A stretch of 63,245 nt of DNA, the filler included, from Octopus bimaculoides (Eukaryota), in the NCBI RefSeq assembly GCF_001194135.2. It is 5 parts of 5 records of this genome, joined end to end, with 100 filler letters (N's around TTAATTAATTAA, not from the genome) between each part and the next. Parts side by side here need not be neighbours in the genome. Positions count along the whole stretch, not along the records: positions 30,034 to 48,137 come from NC_068998.1; positions 48,238 to 61,644 come from NC_068999.1; 3 more parts are not named here. One strand, 5' to 3'. The notes beneath the pieces are model-generated. The model made no database searches. It was not told the origin of the DNA and saw only the letters and a program-made list of their open reading frames with translations. Shown in pieces: positions 37,731 through 52,172 of the stretch; position 1 is the stretch's first letter, and the number at the start of each line of letters is the position of its first letter. The translations under genes and the position numbers were made by a program.

Positions 37731-38560
37731 GAAAACCCAACGTTTAGAGAAATGTTAACAGAAATAGATCGGTAAATCTATGTATATATACATATAGATA
37801 AATGTATGTATATACTTATATACGTACTTTTATCGATATGAGTATGTACATATACATATATCTATCGGAAAGAAAAGACCGGATAAAGATGCATTTTTTT
37901 CTTCTTTGCTTTCAGCTTCAATGTTAATTTTAAGTCTCAAATTTAATTTTTTCGAGTTTTCGTTCCGGATACAATCTAAGGCCTCTTTCTAAAATGTCTT
38001 ATTGTTCTGTATTTTTCGTACGTTTTTTGTTTCGTGATTAAATTTGACTAAATTTCTAATTGTAATTAAATTATATTTTCATAACAACGGCGATCACTAC
38101 ACTATTAAATAATGGTCTCAAATTTTGCTACAAGGCCAGAGATTTCGGGGAGGGGTTAAATCGATTTTACCAACCACCGGTGTTCAGCAGGTACTTGTTT
38201 AACCGATTTCGAGAGAGTAAAAGGCAAAGCTGACCTCTGTGGAATTTAGAAAGAACGGACGAAATGCCGCTAAGCATTTTGCGTGCNNNNNNNNNNNNNN
38301 NNNNNNNNNNNNNNNNNNNNNNNNNNNNNNNNNNNNNNNNNNNNNNNNNNNNNNNNNNNNNNNNNNNNNNNNNNNNNNNNNNNNNNNNNNNNNNNNNNNN
38401 NNNNNNNNNNNNNNNNNNNNNNNNNNNNNNNNNNNNNNNNNNNNNNNNNNNNNNNNNNNNNNNNNNNNNNNNNNNNNNNNNNNNNNNNNNNNNNNNNNNN
38501 NNNNNNNNNNNNNNNNNNNNNNNNNNNNNNNNNNNNNNNNNNNNNNNNNNNNNNNNNNNN

Positions 38561-38624
<64 letters not shown>

Positions 38625-39299
38625 CTCGACTTTAAACAATGTGAATAACAAAATGGACGAATGCGTAAATGGTTTACAAGCGAGACCATTCACCGTTTAG
38701 CATGGGAAAATGTACAAATAGATGCCAGAGAAGCATACAGTTGGTTGCATAATGACAGATCGATCACTCCCCAGCGCAACGACCACCAGCGTATCCACAA
38801 TAACAACAGCAGCTACTGCCATAGTAGATAGAAACTGTGCGGAAGTCCGTCTTATATATCTGTGTGCGTGTGTATGTGCGTGTATGTGCATGTGTGTGTG
38901 TATGTTTGTGTTTGCCTCGCCTGCACTGCTTTACAACCGGTGTTGGTTTTGTTTACATCCCTGTGACTTAGAGGTTCGGCAAAAAGAACCCTAATAGAAT
39001 AAGTACCACAGTTTTTTTTTCGTTTTTTTTTTAAATATGTCCTGGAGTCGATTTTGTTCGACTTAATTCTTTAAGGTGTTGCCCCAGCATGGCAGCAGCC
39101 CAATGATTGAAACAAAAGATACAAGATAAAAAAATATACAAAAACGAAACAAACAACAATAATAGTAACCACAGCAACAACAACAAAAGCAACAAAAACA
39201 AACGAAATTACAGCAGTAGCAACAACAGTTAAGACCATAACCGGCGACTAATATCACTGCAACAACTACCACAACCAGGAACCACTTCTACTATACCCG

Positions 39300-39321
39300 C
39301 CACTACTTGCACTAACCACTG

Positions 39322-39370
<49 letters not shown>

Positions 39371-39827
39371 CACTACTATTATTACTGGTACCACTACTAC
39401 TACTGACACTGTTAACACCATCGACAAACAGAACTACTACCACCAACACCACTACTACTGTTGCTACCACTACCACCACAACTACCACCACAACTGCTAT
39501 CAACACCACTACTACCACCACAACTACTACCAGTAACAGTAATAGTGGCAGTAACAGTAATAGTGGTCTATTACTGTTACTGCCACTACCACCACAACTA
39601 TAACCTCCACTGCTAATGTTGCTATCAGTACCACCACTACTACTACTGTTGCTATCACTAGCACCCTACTATTTCCACCGCCACTACTCCTGTTACTGCC
39701 ACTATCCCCACAACTACAACCAATACCTCTACCACTACTATAACTGTTGCTACCACAACATCAATACTACCACAACATCAATACTACCACCACCTGCACT
39801 ATTATTACTACTACTACTACTAACACC
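39300..39827. repeat. Compound (ACT/ACC/ACA)n trinucleotide array; representative of dozens of AT, AC, ATAC, ATAG, ATT, ATC and AG microsatellites across the window
   Basis: Direct reading; most N gaps abut such tracts. Confidence 0.95.
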
Positions 39828-40637
39828 NNNNNNNNNNNNNNNNNNNNNNNNNNNNNNNNNNNNNNNNNNNNNNNNNNNNNNNNNNNNNNNNNNNNNNNNN
39901 NNNNNNNNNNNNNNNNNNNNNNNNNNNNNNNNNNNNNNNNNNNNNNNNNNNNNNNNNNNNNNNNNNNNNNNNNNNNNNNNNNNNNNNNNNNNNNNNNNNN
40001 NNNNNNNNNNNNNNNNNNNNNNNNNNNNNNNNNNNNNNNNNNNNNNNNNNNNNNNNNNNNNNNNNNNNNNNNNNNNNNNNNNNNNNNNNNNNNNNNNNNN
40101 NNNNNNNNNNNNNNNNNNNNNNNNNNNNNNNNNNNNNNNNNNNNNNNNNNNNNNNNNNNNNNNNNNNNNNNNNNNNNNNNNNNNNNATAAATAGCACACA
40201 CACATAAATGGCACACATATAAATGGCACATACTCACACACATAAATGGCACACACATACATACACATATAAATAACACACATACACACATAAATGGCAC
40301 GCATATAAATGGTACACACACACATAAATGGCACACACATACATACACATATTAATGACACGCGCACACACACATATGCATAAGTGGTACATAACACATA
40401 ATGGTTTATACACACACACACACACAAACACACACACAAAATTACACACACATGGACGTATATATAGACGTATACACAAACACATACACATGCACAAACA
40501 AGCACAGACAGGTACATGCATACACGTACACTGCATGTGAACATACATGCATACACACAGAAATGCACACAAAAAACGTACACACATACACACGCGCACA
40601 CATACACCCATACACACACACGCACAAGCACATATAT

Positions 40638-41185
40638 ATTTCTTTATTGTCCACAAGGGGCTAACCATAGAGTGAACAAAGAAGGACAGACAAAGGGATT
40701 ATGTCGATTACATCGACCCCAGTGCGTAACTGGTACTTTATTTATCAACCCCGAAAGGCAAAGTCGACCTCGGCGGAATTTGAACTCAGAACGTAGCGGC
40801 AGACGAAATAACGCTAAGCATTTCGCCCGGCGCGCTACCGATTCTGCCAGCTCGCCGCCTTATAGTAACACACAAGCACATATAGGCATAGTAACACATA
40901 CACGTACACACAGACATACACGCATACACACTGAAACCTAGACATACACTCACACCAATCCACACAGCAGTTTAATATATCGGTTTCAAATTTTGGCACA
41001 AGGCCAGCAATTTTGAAGGAGTGTGTAGGCCGATTACATCGACCCCAGTGCTCAACTAGTACTTATTTTATCGACCCCGAAAGGATGAAAGGTGAAGTCG
41101 ACCACGGTGGAATTTGAACTCAGAACGTACAGAGAGACGGAATGCCGTGTGTGTGCTAACGATTCTGCCAGCTCGCCACCTTAAA
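40638..41185 (-). mobile_element. Two SINE-B copies (40638-40860 full length with tail; 40985-41185)
   Basis: GGCGGCGAGCTGGCAGAATCG head through to the tail AGCCCCTTGTGGACAATAAAGAAAT. Confidence 0.9.
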
Positions 41186-41914
41186 GCAGTTCAAATATCC
41201 CGATGAGTATTTTTTGGCGAAATGCCATGTTTGAAACTTTTGTTGGTTGAGATATATCAAGTTTAATGAGGCAACGTAACTTACATAAAATACCAGTTTT
41301 ATTTTTCGGTAAATATTTAATATCATAACTGGAAGAACTATGATATTTAATTTCCTAGTTAAAGGGTTAAAGTATGGCCTAATGGGAAAAGTCTGGATTT
41401 CACAAAAATAAAATACTATTATTGGAAATCGGGAGCGAGAAACTCCGAAGAGTGACTCACATAGACTCCGCTTTAAATAAATAATGTTATATAATATTAC
41501 ATATTTATTCTATTTTAAAAATTCGTTTTTCAAGAACCATTAAAAGGTCAGATTATATTTTTAGTTCTCGCTTTAATCATTATAATTACATTTCTACAGT
41601 AAATATAATTATAATTTCGCTATATTTAATAAAATGTTTTGTTTGTTGTTGTTGTTGTTGTTTTCTTTAATCTGTCCTTATTAAATTACAATTAATTCAT
41701 TGTAGACATCAAATATAAATATTATCTTTAACCTTTAATTTAAACACTAACGCAACTGGTATTCCTTGAACAGTTTTATTAAGCTACTACACGTTATTTC
41801 CTAGGGGATTATATAAATATGTGTAGGAGAATGTACGTGTGCATGAATGTCCGTTTGTGTGTACCTCACTTACGAATCACTTCCTTAATTACTAACGAAT
41901 ATTCTTTCAGCTAC

Positions 41915-42370
41915 TCAAGGCGGTGAGCTGGCAGAATCATTAGCACTACTGGTAGCATTTTTAGCAACATTTCGTTTGTCTTTACGCTGTGAGTTCAAAG
42001 TCCGCAGACGTAAACTTTACCTTTCATACTTCTTTTTTCGGGTTCGATAAAATAAGTACTAGCTGAGTACTGGAGTCGATGTAATCGACGTATCCCCTCC
42101 CCGTAAAATTGCTGGCCTTGGGCCAGAATTTGAAACCTGTATTCCTAGAGACATTTAAAAAGACGAATTGGTAGAAACGTTAGCGCTCACCGGGAAAACC
42201 ACTTCGCGGCCTTTCATCCATTTTTGCGATCTGAGTTCAAATTCCGTGGACTTTGCCTTTCATCCTTACGGATTTCAATAAAATAAGTACCAGATGAGCA
42301 CGGGGGTCGATATAATCGACTTAACCCCTCCCCTCGAACTTACTGGCCTAGTGCCAAAATTTGAAACCAA
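41915..42370 (+). mobile_element. Two tandem SINE-B copies
   Basis: Two successive head-to-CCAAAATTTGAAACC units. Confidence 0.8.
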
Positions 42371-43154
42371 TATTCTTACAGACATATTTGTCTTCTTATG
42401 CACGCATCAACACAAACTTACTCCATCTTGCTACCACGCTTACATGTCAACATTCTTAAGTTAACAATACCTATGGTGTTACAATAAAATATAGATTGTT
42501 GTAAATTTATCTTTCGAGATATTTCACTTTTACATTCCAAATATTAATTCTTGGACTATTTCTAAAAGCCTTTGAATTTAAACAGCGCTTTCTTTCTCAC
42601 TCTCTCTCTCTTTATTTGCCATAAAAAAATATATGCCAAAAAAATATTTTAAACATGTTCATGTTAGAAATTCTCTGCTTATTACAGACATATTTCTGCT
42701 TCAATGTGTGGCGACAATATATGCTGAGGAATTTTACTATTGCATAATTTCACAGTGGGATCCATCCAGATTGACTTGTTTTTCTTTCCTCTGGCTTTCT
42801 TTTTACGTTTTACTTGTTTTTTTTTTGTTTTTTTTCGTTTTTTTAATATTTTATTTTCTACAACGGAAAATGAAAAAAAAATATGTGGACCTAATTTTCT
42901 GTTATATATTTATGAACAGCATCTTTAAAATTCCAACTCTCTCTCTCTCTCTCTCTCTCTNNNNNNNNNNNNNNNNNNNNNNNNNNNNNNNNNNNNNNNN
43001 NNNNNNNNNNNNNNNNNNNNNNNNNNNNNNNNNNNNNNNNNNNNNNNNNNNNNNNNNNNNNNNNNNNNNNNNNNNNNNNNNNNNNNNNNNNNNNNNNNNN
43101 NNNNNNNNNNNNNNNNNNNNNNNNNNNNNNNNNNNNNNNNNNNNNNNNNNNNNN

Positions 43155-43208
<54 letters not shown>

Positions 43209-43315
43209 ACGTAAATATGTGTGTGTGTGTATTGGTAACAAGTTTGTTTCCAAACCAAAAGATTCAGGATTCAGTCCCATTGCGTGACATCTTGGGTAAG
43301 CATCTTCTACTATAG

Positions 43316-43981
43316 ACTCGTTGTAATAGGGAGTCGCAGCGTCGAAAATTTCTTGACTGGAGAACAAGTTCCAGTCTCCTTACTGACGCTCTTCAATAGG
43401 TTCTTGAATAAGATATCAGAAAAATTCTTAACTTATTGATATTTGCCATAGGGACATTGACGCAATTATGCACGCTAGGAAAACGCTGCTGTTCAATAAA
43501 GGTTCGTCCTGGGTCAAACAAACTAACCAATTTGCCTCCTTCGATCTGGCGATAGGAGCCTTCGGCAGCGTAGATGTCCGCTACCTTCATGGGATTGTAG
43601 ATACGGAACACCTTAACGAAGAGATTCCCGTCAGTATTTTGTGGGGTTTATACAGAGATGACGTTGTAGTCTTTTCTTGAGGTGGTAGAACGAGCATATC
43701 CTAAATAGGCTTAAGAAGGACTTGATTTGCAACCTTAACACCCTTTGACTCAAGATTACAATTGTAACCAACGTCACTATTGTCAACTTTTTAGACGTTA
43801 TGTTGGATCTGGGTACCTGTTCACACAGGCCCTACCCCCAATCCAAACGAAAGGCTGTCATACATTAACACAGCCTCCTGCCACTCGTCTATCGTGTTCA
43901 AGAACCTAGTGAAGGATGTTAGTAAAAGGATTTTGAAACTGTCCTCCAGTCAAAAAATTTTCGACGCTGTAACTCCACTAT
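43316..43981 (+). mobile_element. Penelope-like RT fragment (YRDD type) with inverted partial copy at its 5' side
   Basis: HARKTLLFNKGSSWVK...FDLAIG...GLYRDD...LKITI.TN..IVNFLDV.LDL...YINT...KNLVKDVSKRI..LSSSQKIFDAVTP. The reverse-strand copy at 43316-43410 reads SSQEIFDAATPYYNE. Confidence 0.85.
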
Positions 43982-44258
43982 TATTATTTAATCAGTAAGA
44001 CTTTTTTCATGCAAAATTTTCAGTAAAACATGATTCGCTTTTTGCAGTAAAACTTACACCAATATTTCTACAGCAAAACTTTCATAACGAAACACCTTTT
44101 TAATGTGGAAACAAAATTTTGTATCTTTATTTACACATATTTAGATATATAGAAGAAATGTTTATCTCCTATCTTAAAAAATAAAATTTGTTATACATAT
44201 ATTTATATACGCATGCATACATATAAATTTAGCACATTTTCACCCCTTTTCTACTACT

Positions 44259-44343
<85 letters not shown>

Positions 44344-44561
44344 TATATATATGTGTGTGTGTGTGTGTGTATGTATGTACGTATGTATTTATGTATGTAT
44401 GGCAGTAAAATCTCTTAAATCCATCATCTTATGAATACAATTCTGTGTGTGTGAGAGTGCGTGCATACGTTTGTGTGTATGTGTGTATGTTTGTATATAG
44501 ATGCGTGTGTATGTATATGCATATGTATATACAAACACACATACGCATATATATACATATA

Positions 44562-44594
<33 letters not shown>

Positions 44595-45126
44595 NNNNNN
44601 NNNNNNNNNNNNNNNNNNNNNNNNNNNNNNNNNNNNNNNNNNNNNNNNNNNNNNNNNNNNNNNNNNNNNNNNNNNNNNNNNNNNNNNNNNNNNNNNNNNN
44701 NNNNNNNNNNNNNNNNNNNNNNNNNNNNNNNNNNNNNNNNNNNNNNNNNNNNNNNNNNNNNNNNNNNNNNNNNNNNNNNNNNNNNNNNNNNNNNNNNNNN
44801 NNNNNNNNNNNNNNNNNNNNNNNNNNNNNNNNNNNNNNNNNNNNNNNNNNNNNNNNNNNNNNNNAGACATAAAGGCAGGAAAATATGAAAACTTGTTTCC
44901 AAGATCTCATAAATCCAGGAAAGACTAATGTACAATGTGTAGCATGTAGCGTGTGTAAAAATCATACAATATTTAGCGTGTTTATATAATCACACAACAG
45001 GATGATGATGATGATGATGATGACGATGATGATGATGATGATGATGATGGTGATGATGGTGATGGTGATAATAATTCTGTGCAAATATATCACGCAAACG
45101 CCTTCCGTAGATACATATATATACCG

Positions 45127-45195
<69 letters not shown>

Positions 45196-48034
45196 CACAT
45201 ATGCATACGTACACAGATGTCTGTGTGTGTCTGTGTGTCTGTGTGTTGTACAAACACGTAAGATCGGAAATTAGCAAATTGTATGACCGAATGCAGAAAC
45301 ACGTAATACTCCCAATTCGTAATCCAGATACCAAACATTTAAAATTTATTCAGAATTTCTCTGGCGAGCAGATATACCAGAAAGATACTATATAAATAGA
45401 TATATAGTATTCTGAAGGATTTCAAAATATCTTTATTCGCTGTTTTAAGTAGTTCTGTGAAGATATATGAGAATATGAGATGACATTTTTATTTTAAAAA
45501 AATATGTAAGACAAAACGACGAACAAGAAATGGAAAAGAAATTAAGAATAGATAGAGAATGCTTAAAGAAAATTGCTAAAAGTATTGAAAAATATATTTG
45601 CAAGGATTGGGTGATTGCGAGCGTATGTTGTGTGTGTTGTGTGTGTTTATGCAAGAGAGGAGGGAGAAAGAAAGAGAGAGAAAGGTAGAAAGAGAGAAAA
45701 GTAGAAAGAGAGAAGGGTAAAGAGAGAGAGAGAAAGGTAGAGAGAGAGAAAAGGTAGAGAGAGAGAAAAGGTAGAGAGAGAGAAAAGGTAGAGAGAGGGG
45801 AGAAAGAGAGAGGGAGAGAAAGAGAGAGAGAGGAGATAAAGGTAGAGAAGGGAGAAAGAGAGTGAGAAGGGTAGAGAGAGGGAAGAAAGAGAGAGAGAAA
45901 GGTAAAGAGAGAAAGGGAGAGAGGGAGAGAGTGACCAAAAACGCCATCAGCAGAGAGAGTCATAAATAATTAAGAATTTTTCCATTTAACTTGGGAGAGA
46001 TTTTTGGAAGAAGGAAACGTGAAGTGGCAGACAGCGGAAAGTGTAAAAGGTGAGGTGGGAGGGAGACATGAGAAGAAGAAGAAGAAGAAGAAGAAGAAGA
46101 AGAAGAAGAAGAAGAAGAAGAAGAAGAAGAAGAAGAAGAAGAAGAATTTTATTGACTCGTTCATTCATTCATTCATATCTGAACTCACCACCTTATCTTT
46201 GTGAGCTCAACGCTCTAACCACTGAGCTATGCGCCGTCACATACATGCATACAAACATGCATACATGCCTGTATACAGACATGCATACATACATACATAC
46301 ATACATACATACATACATACATACATTGACCAGCTACGTTACCAATATGAACATTTGTAGAACTATTGAGAAGAAGAATTTTTGTACACAACAGCTCTTC
46401 GAAACCTATAGTTTCTCTACCTTCATTCACATTTTTGCCAATAATTACTGGTGCAGTTTGGTACAGTAGAATATATTTAAGTGACAATTGAAAAAAAAAA
46501 ATCTAGAATTTTCAGGCAAACATTGTGATCAGTTAACACACACTTTGCGAAATAAAAATCATGTTTACTGAACAGTAAAAAACGCAAAGATTTTCTGGAG
46601 TGCAACAAGTAGCATGTAATTTTTGAAGCTGGAGTTTTTGTTTTTTTTTTTGTTTTTTGCTTGTATGTTTGCTTTGGTTCCGTTTTTTTTTTTTAGCAAG
46701 AATTTAGTTCCAAACCTGCAGTTAGAAACTGCTTCAATGTCTTGTAAAAAAACAAATACCTAAAAAGGAACGAAATGTATATACAAGCATGCATATATCC
46801 ANNNNNNNNNNNNNNNNNNNNNNNNNNNNNNNNNNNNNNNNNNNNNNNNNNNNNNNNNNNNNNNNNNNNNNNNNNNNNNNNNNNNNNNNNNNNNNNNNNN
46901 NNNNNNNNNNNNNNNNNNNNNNNNNNNNNNNNNNNNNNNNNNNNNNNNNNNNAAAACAAATACCTAAAAAGGAACGAAATGTATATACAAGCATGCATAT
47001 ATCCATGCAAATATATACATACATACATACATAAATACATACATACATACATACATACATACATACATGCATGCATACATACATACATACATACATACAT
47101 ACATACATACATACATACGTACGTACATACATACATACAGACTTGAAGACACTGAAGAAAGATTTAGTAAGCAGTTGCCTTTTCTCTTATTTGAATTCGT
47201 AGTTCGGCTGATCGAGCAGCTGGAATATTCGTCGTTGCTAGCGACGGAAAAGAATCCATTTACTTCATACGAATTACAAAATTAGTTGCTATTATCATGA
47301 GCTCGCTAGCAAGAAAAGCCTCTTTTTTCAGACCTCCTCGGGTTGTTTTATGTATTGTACATATTTAATGTATTCAGTTAAAATATGGATATGAAATGAG
47401 GAAGTAACGAGTAAAAGAAAAGCAAAGAATGGGTTTTGTGTGAGAATAGCAATTAACATCGAAAATCTTTTATGCAATATTACATGCATGTGGTGACGTA
47501 TACATAACGCACACATATGGATGTGGGAGTCGGTGTGTGTATGTTTATGTATGTGTGTGTGTGGAAAGAGAGAGAGAGAGAGTAAAATAGACAGGAAGTC
47601 AGAGAGAGATAAAGAAAGTGGGAGAGAAGGGAAGAGTGGAATAAGTAGCCTGTGGTTAGGTTTTTGCGTTCATGATCGCAAGATAGTGGTTTCGACTCCA
47701 GGATCGGGTGTCACGTTGTGTTTTTGAGCAAAGCAATTTCGTCTCGTGCTGCTCTGCGATCACTTTGGCGTCTGAAGTGTGACTCGCCGTGTACCTGTAC
47801 CGGCGATGTCGTCTTCATAGAGGGAGTGGAGAGGAACCCCTTTACACGAAACTCTGAGTCATGGTGAGTGTTTGTTAGGATGATTGTGATAAAGCTGTAT
47901 TATACATATGTGTATACGCAAATATGTATGTATATATATATGCATTTTTGTATACGCACGTAAGTATATATATATGTGTGAATACGCATTTATATGTGTG
48001 TATACATATATACATATGTATTCTGCATATATAC

Positions 48035-48094
<60 letters not shown>

Positions 48095-48137
48095 ATTGTG
48101 TATATATGTGTGTACTGTGTGTTTATATATATATATA

Positions 48138-48237
48138 NNNNNNNNNNNNNNNNNNNNNNNNNNNNNNNNNNNNNNNNNNNNTTAATTAATTAANNNNNNN
48201 NNNNNNNNNNNNNNNNNNNNNNNNNNNNNNNNNNNNN
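48138..48237. other. Assembly placeholder (44N-TTAATTAATTAA-44N)
   Basis: Counted directly. Confidence 0.9.
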
Positions 48238-48489
48238 TATCTTCAGATCCTAAGACCTGATGGCCTATGGCCTCTTTAAAATATGGAGGGGGAATTGATA
48301 CAGGTAAAAAACAATGGGGATTATCTCCCTTTGGTGCTGGTCTTCGGTTTCCGGTTGTGTCGTCCTCTTTCAGTCACGCCACCTGTCGGCTATGAGGGTA
48401 AAAGATAGGTTATCTCCTTCTCACATGAACAATCAATTTCCAGCTGTGGTGTAATTATCGCTAATACCGCCATTATCTAATTATCGCTA

Positions 48490-48658
48490 ATACCGCCCCA
48501 AATCTAATCAGTTCGTGCCAGTCATGAGGCCAAACATCCCTGAAAGTTTCATGCGAATCCATCCCGCGGTTCTTGATATATCTTTTCCACGGACAAACAA
48601 ACAAGCAAACAAACATGGCTGAAAACCATACCTCCGCTTTCGCTAAGGCGGAGGCAAT
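48490..48658 (+). mobile_element. Helentron/DINE-1-like non-autonomous element 3' end
   Basis: AAGTTTCATGCGAATCCATCC..GGTTCTTGA, a short (CAAA)n tract, then the terminal hairpin CCTCCGC-10nt-GCGGAGG (48631-48654). Family assignment recalled, not verified. Confidence 0.6.
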
Positions 48659-49065
48659 ACGTTGTTATACGTGGTGTATGTCTAACACATGCAGTGATGC
48701 ATAGCGGTGTTACTTGCAGAAGGGGCGAAGGTGGGGTGAACTCCGTGCGTTTCGGAAAAATGCCTATGAGGTATATTGATTGAATAAGTAATTGATTGCA
48801 CGTGTGATTTAATTAATGATTAACCAAATGGAAAATAAAATAAATTAGTAATTAAGTTATTAAATTAATCTGACAGTTGAGTAAACAGTGAATTGCATAA
48901 TTATATAATTTTTTCGTTTATTCTATTATCATTTTAATTGTCGTAGTCGTTGGACTGTGGCCACGCTGGAGTACTACGGTGAATGTTATTTCTTTTTGTC
49001 CTATAAGTCGTGTGTGTGTATATATGTATATATGTATATATGTGTGCATATATAATATTGTGAAT

Positions 49066-49370
49066 GCGCGTGGCTTAGTGGTTAGGGTATTCGACTCACG
49101 ATCGTAAGGTCGTGAGTTCAATTCCTGGCGGCGCACTCTGTCCTTCAGCAAGACACTTTATGTCATGTTGCTCCAGTCACTCAGCTGGCGAAAATGAGTA
49201 GTACCTGTATTTTAAAAAAAAGGGCCAGCCTTGTCAAATTCTGTGTCACGCTGGATCTCTCTGAGAACTATATTAAGTGTACACGTGTCTGTGGAGTATT
49301 CAGCCACTTGCTCGTTAATTTCACGAACAAGCTATTCCACCGATCGGATCAACTGGAACCGTTGTCTACG
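49066..49370 (+). mobile_element. SINE-D, near full length
   Basis: tRNA-like head TGGCTTAGTGGTTAGG...GAGTTCAATTCC with A and B boxes, then CORE-like TCCTTCAGCAAGACACTT. Confidence 0.85.
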
Positions 49371-50002
49371 TATGTAGGATTCAGTCTCGAAAATAGACGT
49401 GATTTTCGAGTCTTCTGATTTCACAGGATTGACGAAACCATGCAGGTCTGGAAGTTTAGGGTCTGCACATTTAGATGCTAGCGTACTTGAGTCCTTCAAC
49501 CGATTTCGATAGTTGGCCAACTGTGAGCCTTGTAAAAACAATTCCGTTTAGGCGTAAATTTCACATGATTTGTGACGTAAAAGAAATGAAGGTAAAGACT
49601 CAGAAGAATTAATTCTTACATCATCAGTTCATTCGTAGCCTAAGTGTGAGCATTCATACTTGAAATATCAAAGAAAAGTTAAGTGAAGACAAACAAGTGA
49701 TCGCTTTGACGCATAAAGGTAAACCCAAGGTTGGGTTCTGTCCTAGAGTTTGGTTTCAAAAATTCTTGGATTCGCATTAAACTTTCCTCTCACATTTTTT
49801 CTTTTCCTTAGAATGTTTCTCAGTCGTTCACAAACTCATCTCTCACTTTATCTCTCTTTCTCACAAGCACACATAATTCCCTTTTATTGTTCTCATACTA
49901 TCTCTCTCATTGCTCTTCTCTCTCTCAGTTATCTCTCTCTCTCCCGTTTTTCTTCTACCTCACTCTCACTTACTTTCTCTTTTCATTCACTTTCTCTCTT
50001 TC

Positions 50003-50060
<58 letters not shown>

Positions 50061-52135
50061 ATTGTCTCTTACATTCTTTGTACCTCTCACTTTCATTGTG
50101 CTTCTCTCCCTCACAGTCTCCGTCTCACTCATTATCTTTCCTACTCATTGTCCCCTTTTATCATTGTTCTTTTCTCTCCCTCTCTCCCTTTCTCTCCCAT
50201 TGTCTCTCTCCCTTTCCATGTACCCCATAAATCTCAGCTCAAAGCTTCAGGAATGTTGTCTGTGGATTCAAAGTTGGATTAATCATGGGATGTAACTTCA
50301 TTAGAAAATTCTGTGTTGAAAGAGAGCATATCATTATAATCTGCCTAGAACTGATTCACTCAGGATTAGCTAATTCGATCGGTGGAAGGAAGAAGCAAGG
50401 AAGGATTGCAGTGTATGTTTCTTCATCATGTAACTTCATTTATCTGAGCTGTTTGTAAATTACTGATTCATTCATTGAAGAAGAGGCGCGGAAAAAAATA
50501 CGTTTATAACATTAATTTCATCTGCAATGAGAAATTGACACATCATTTCAATGTGTGGATTAACTTTTCCAGTTTGTAACAGTGTGTGTATGTGTGTGTG
50601 TTTGAGAAAGAGAAAGAGAGTGAGAGAGAAAGAGAGTGAGAGAGAAAGAGAGTGAGAGAGAAAGAGAGTGAGAGAGAAAGAGAGAGCGGGAGAGAGAGAA
50701 AGCTATATTAATATGGACGAAATTCTAGTGTCATTTTCTCTAATGATGTATTTGACAGAGGTTTTGACGACTAATATTCCAGTTGTTCATCCAACGGTGC
50801 CGTTTCCTTCATTGACTGCAAGTGACTGAGTAGTCTGCTGATGTTTGCTTGTCGGTTTATCTCAATGCTCAAACGCAGTCACTCGGTGTGATGGTGTGTA
50901 TTACAACCGTGTGTCGAAATTGCAGTAATTTTCGGTTGGCGGCTGTTGAAGGGATTAGATTGGTGTACGTCCTTTTGTGATGTGTTTCCATTTTTTCTGT
51001 AGATTACTTTGCTGTCCATCTCTGCCAACTTTCCAATACATACATACATACATACATACATACATACATACATACATACATACAAACAAAAATACCCTGT
51101 TATTGGTGTTGAAATTCCAATGAAGGAAACTTGGATTTAGGTTAGAAACCGGCTCTTTCTTTATTGGCAAGAAATATTGAAATAAACTGAATAATGACAT
51201 ACAAACATACAATTCATGCATACATACATACACATTTATATATACACATTCACATACACACACAAGCACACATATATAGACACACACACAATGTATGTAT
51301 AAATATCTATGTGTTTATTCTGTGTTTCTGTTTGTTTCTCATCACTGCTTGACAATCGGCGTTGGTTTGTTTACTTCCACATAACTTAGCGGTTCGACAA
51401 AAAGAGACCGATAAAATAATTGCCAGGCTTATGAAAATGAGTTCTTGGGGTCGATTTGTTTGACTTAACGCTTCGAGGTGGCAAAAGCTGTTTGGAATTA
51501 ACGAAACCCAGTTTCGGACTCTCGGTTTGCGATGAAAGAACCTCACCGAAGGTGCTGTGCAATGGCTTCGAAGCAAAAATTCGATGAAGGGACCATGAAC
51601 TATGCATGTATATATATATATATATATATCAGTTAAAAAAAAAAGACAAAAAACAATAACAAAAAACAACAACGCGAGGACGTGATACGGATAGTGTTAT
51701 TAGACGCACAGAAAAGATATCATAAACACATAAACACGTACGAGAAACGGAGACATAGCATACACGCATGCGCACATACAATTGTAAAATTACGTAATTT
51801 CCATCGCCTCAGCTGAATCTCTGAAGAAAGCGAATTATATCAAGAGAGAGAGAGAGAGAGGGAGAGAGAGGGAGAGAGGGAGGGAGAGAGAGAATATGTT
51901 GGCGTGAGTGTGTTATACAAAATATATGAATAGAGAAAATATACATAAACTCTTCAAGTCATCAGCGTTTGTTCAGAGAATGAACGATCCAGATTTTATG
52001 GAATACAATTGTTACATTTACACACACACACACGCACGCACACACACACGCACGCACACACACAAAGAGACACGCACACACGCAGACACGCACACACGAA
52101 GATACACACACAGGCGCACGCACAAACATGCAGAC

Positions 52136-52172
<37 letters not shown>

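Noticed and set aside
46746-47005. Identical ~55-bp sequence on both sides of an N gap (similar at 37240-37320)
   Set aside because: Typical unmerged contig overlap rather than a real duplication.
49066-49140. tRNA gene
   Set aside because: The tRNA-like head runs directly into a SINE body and has a poor acceptor stem; it is SINE-derived.
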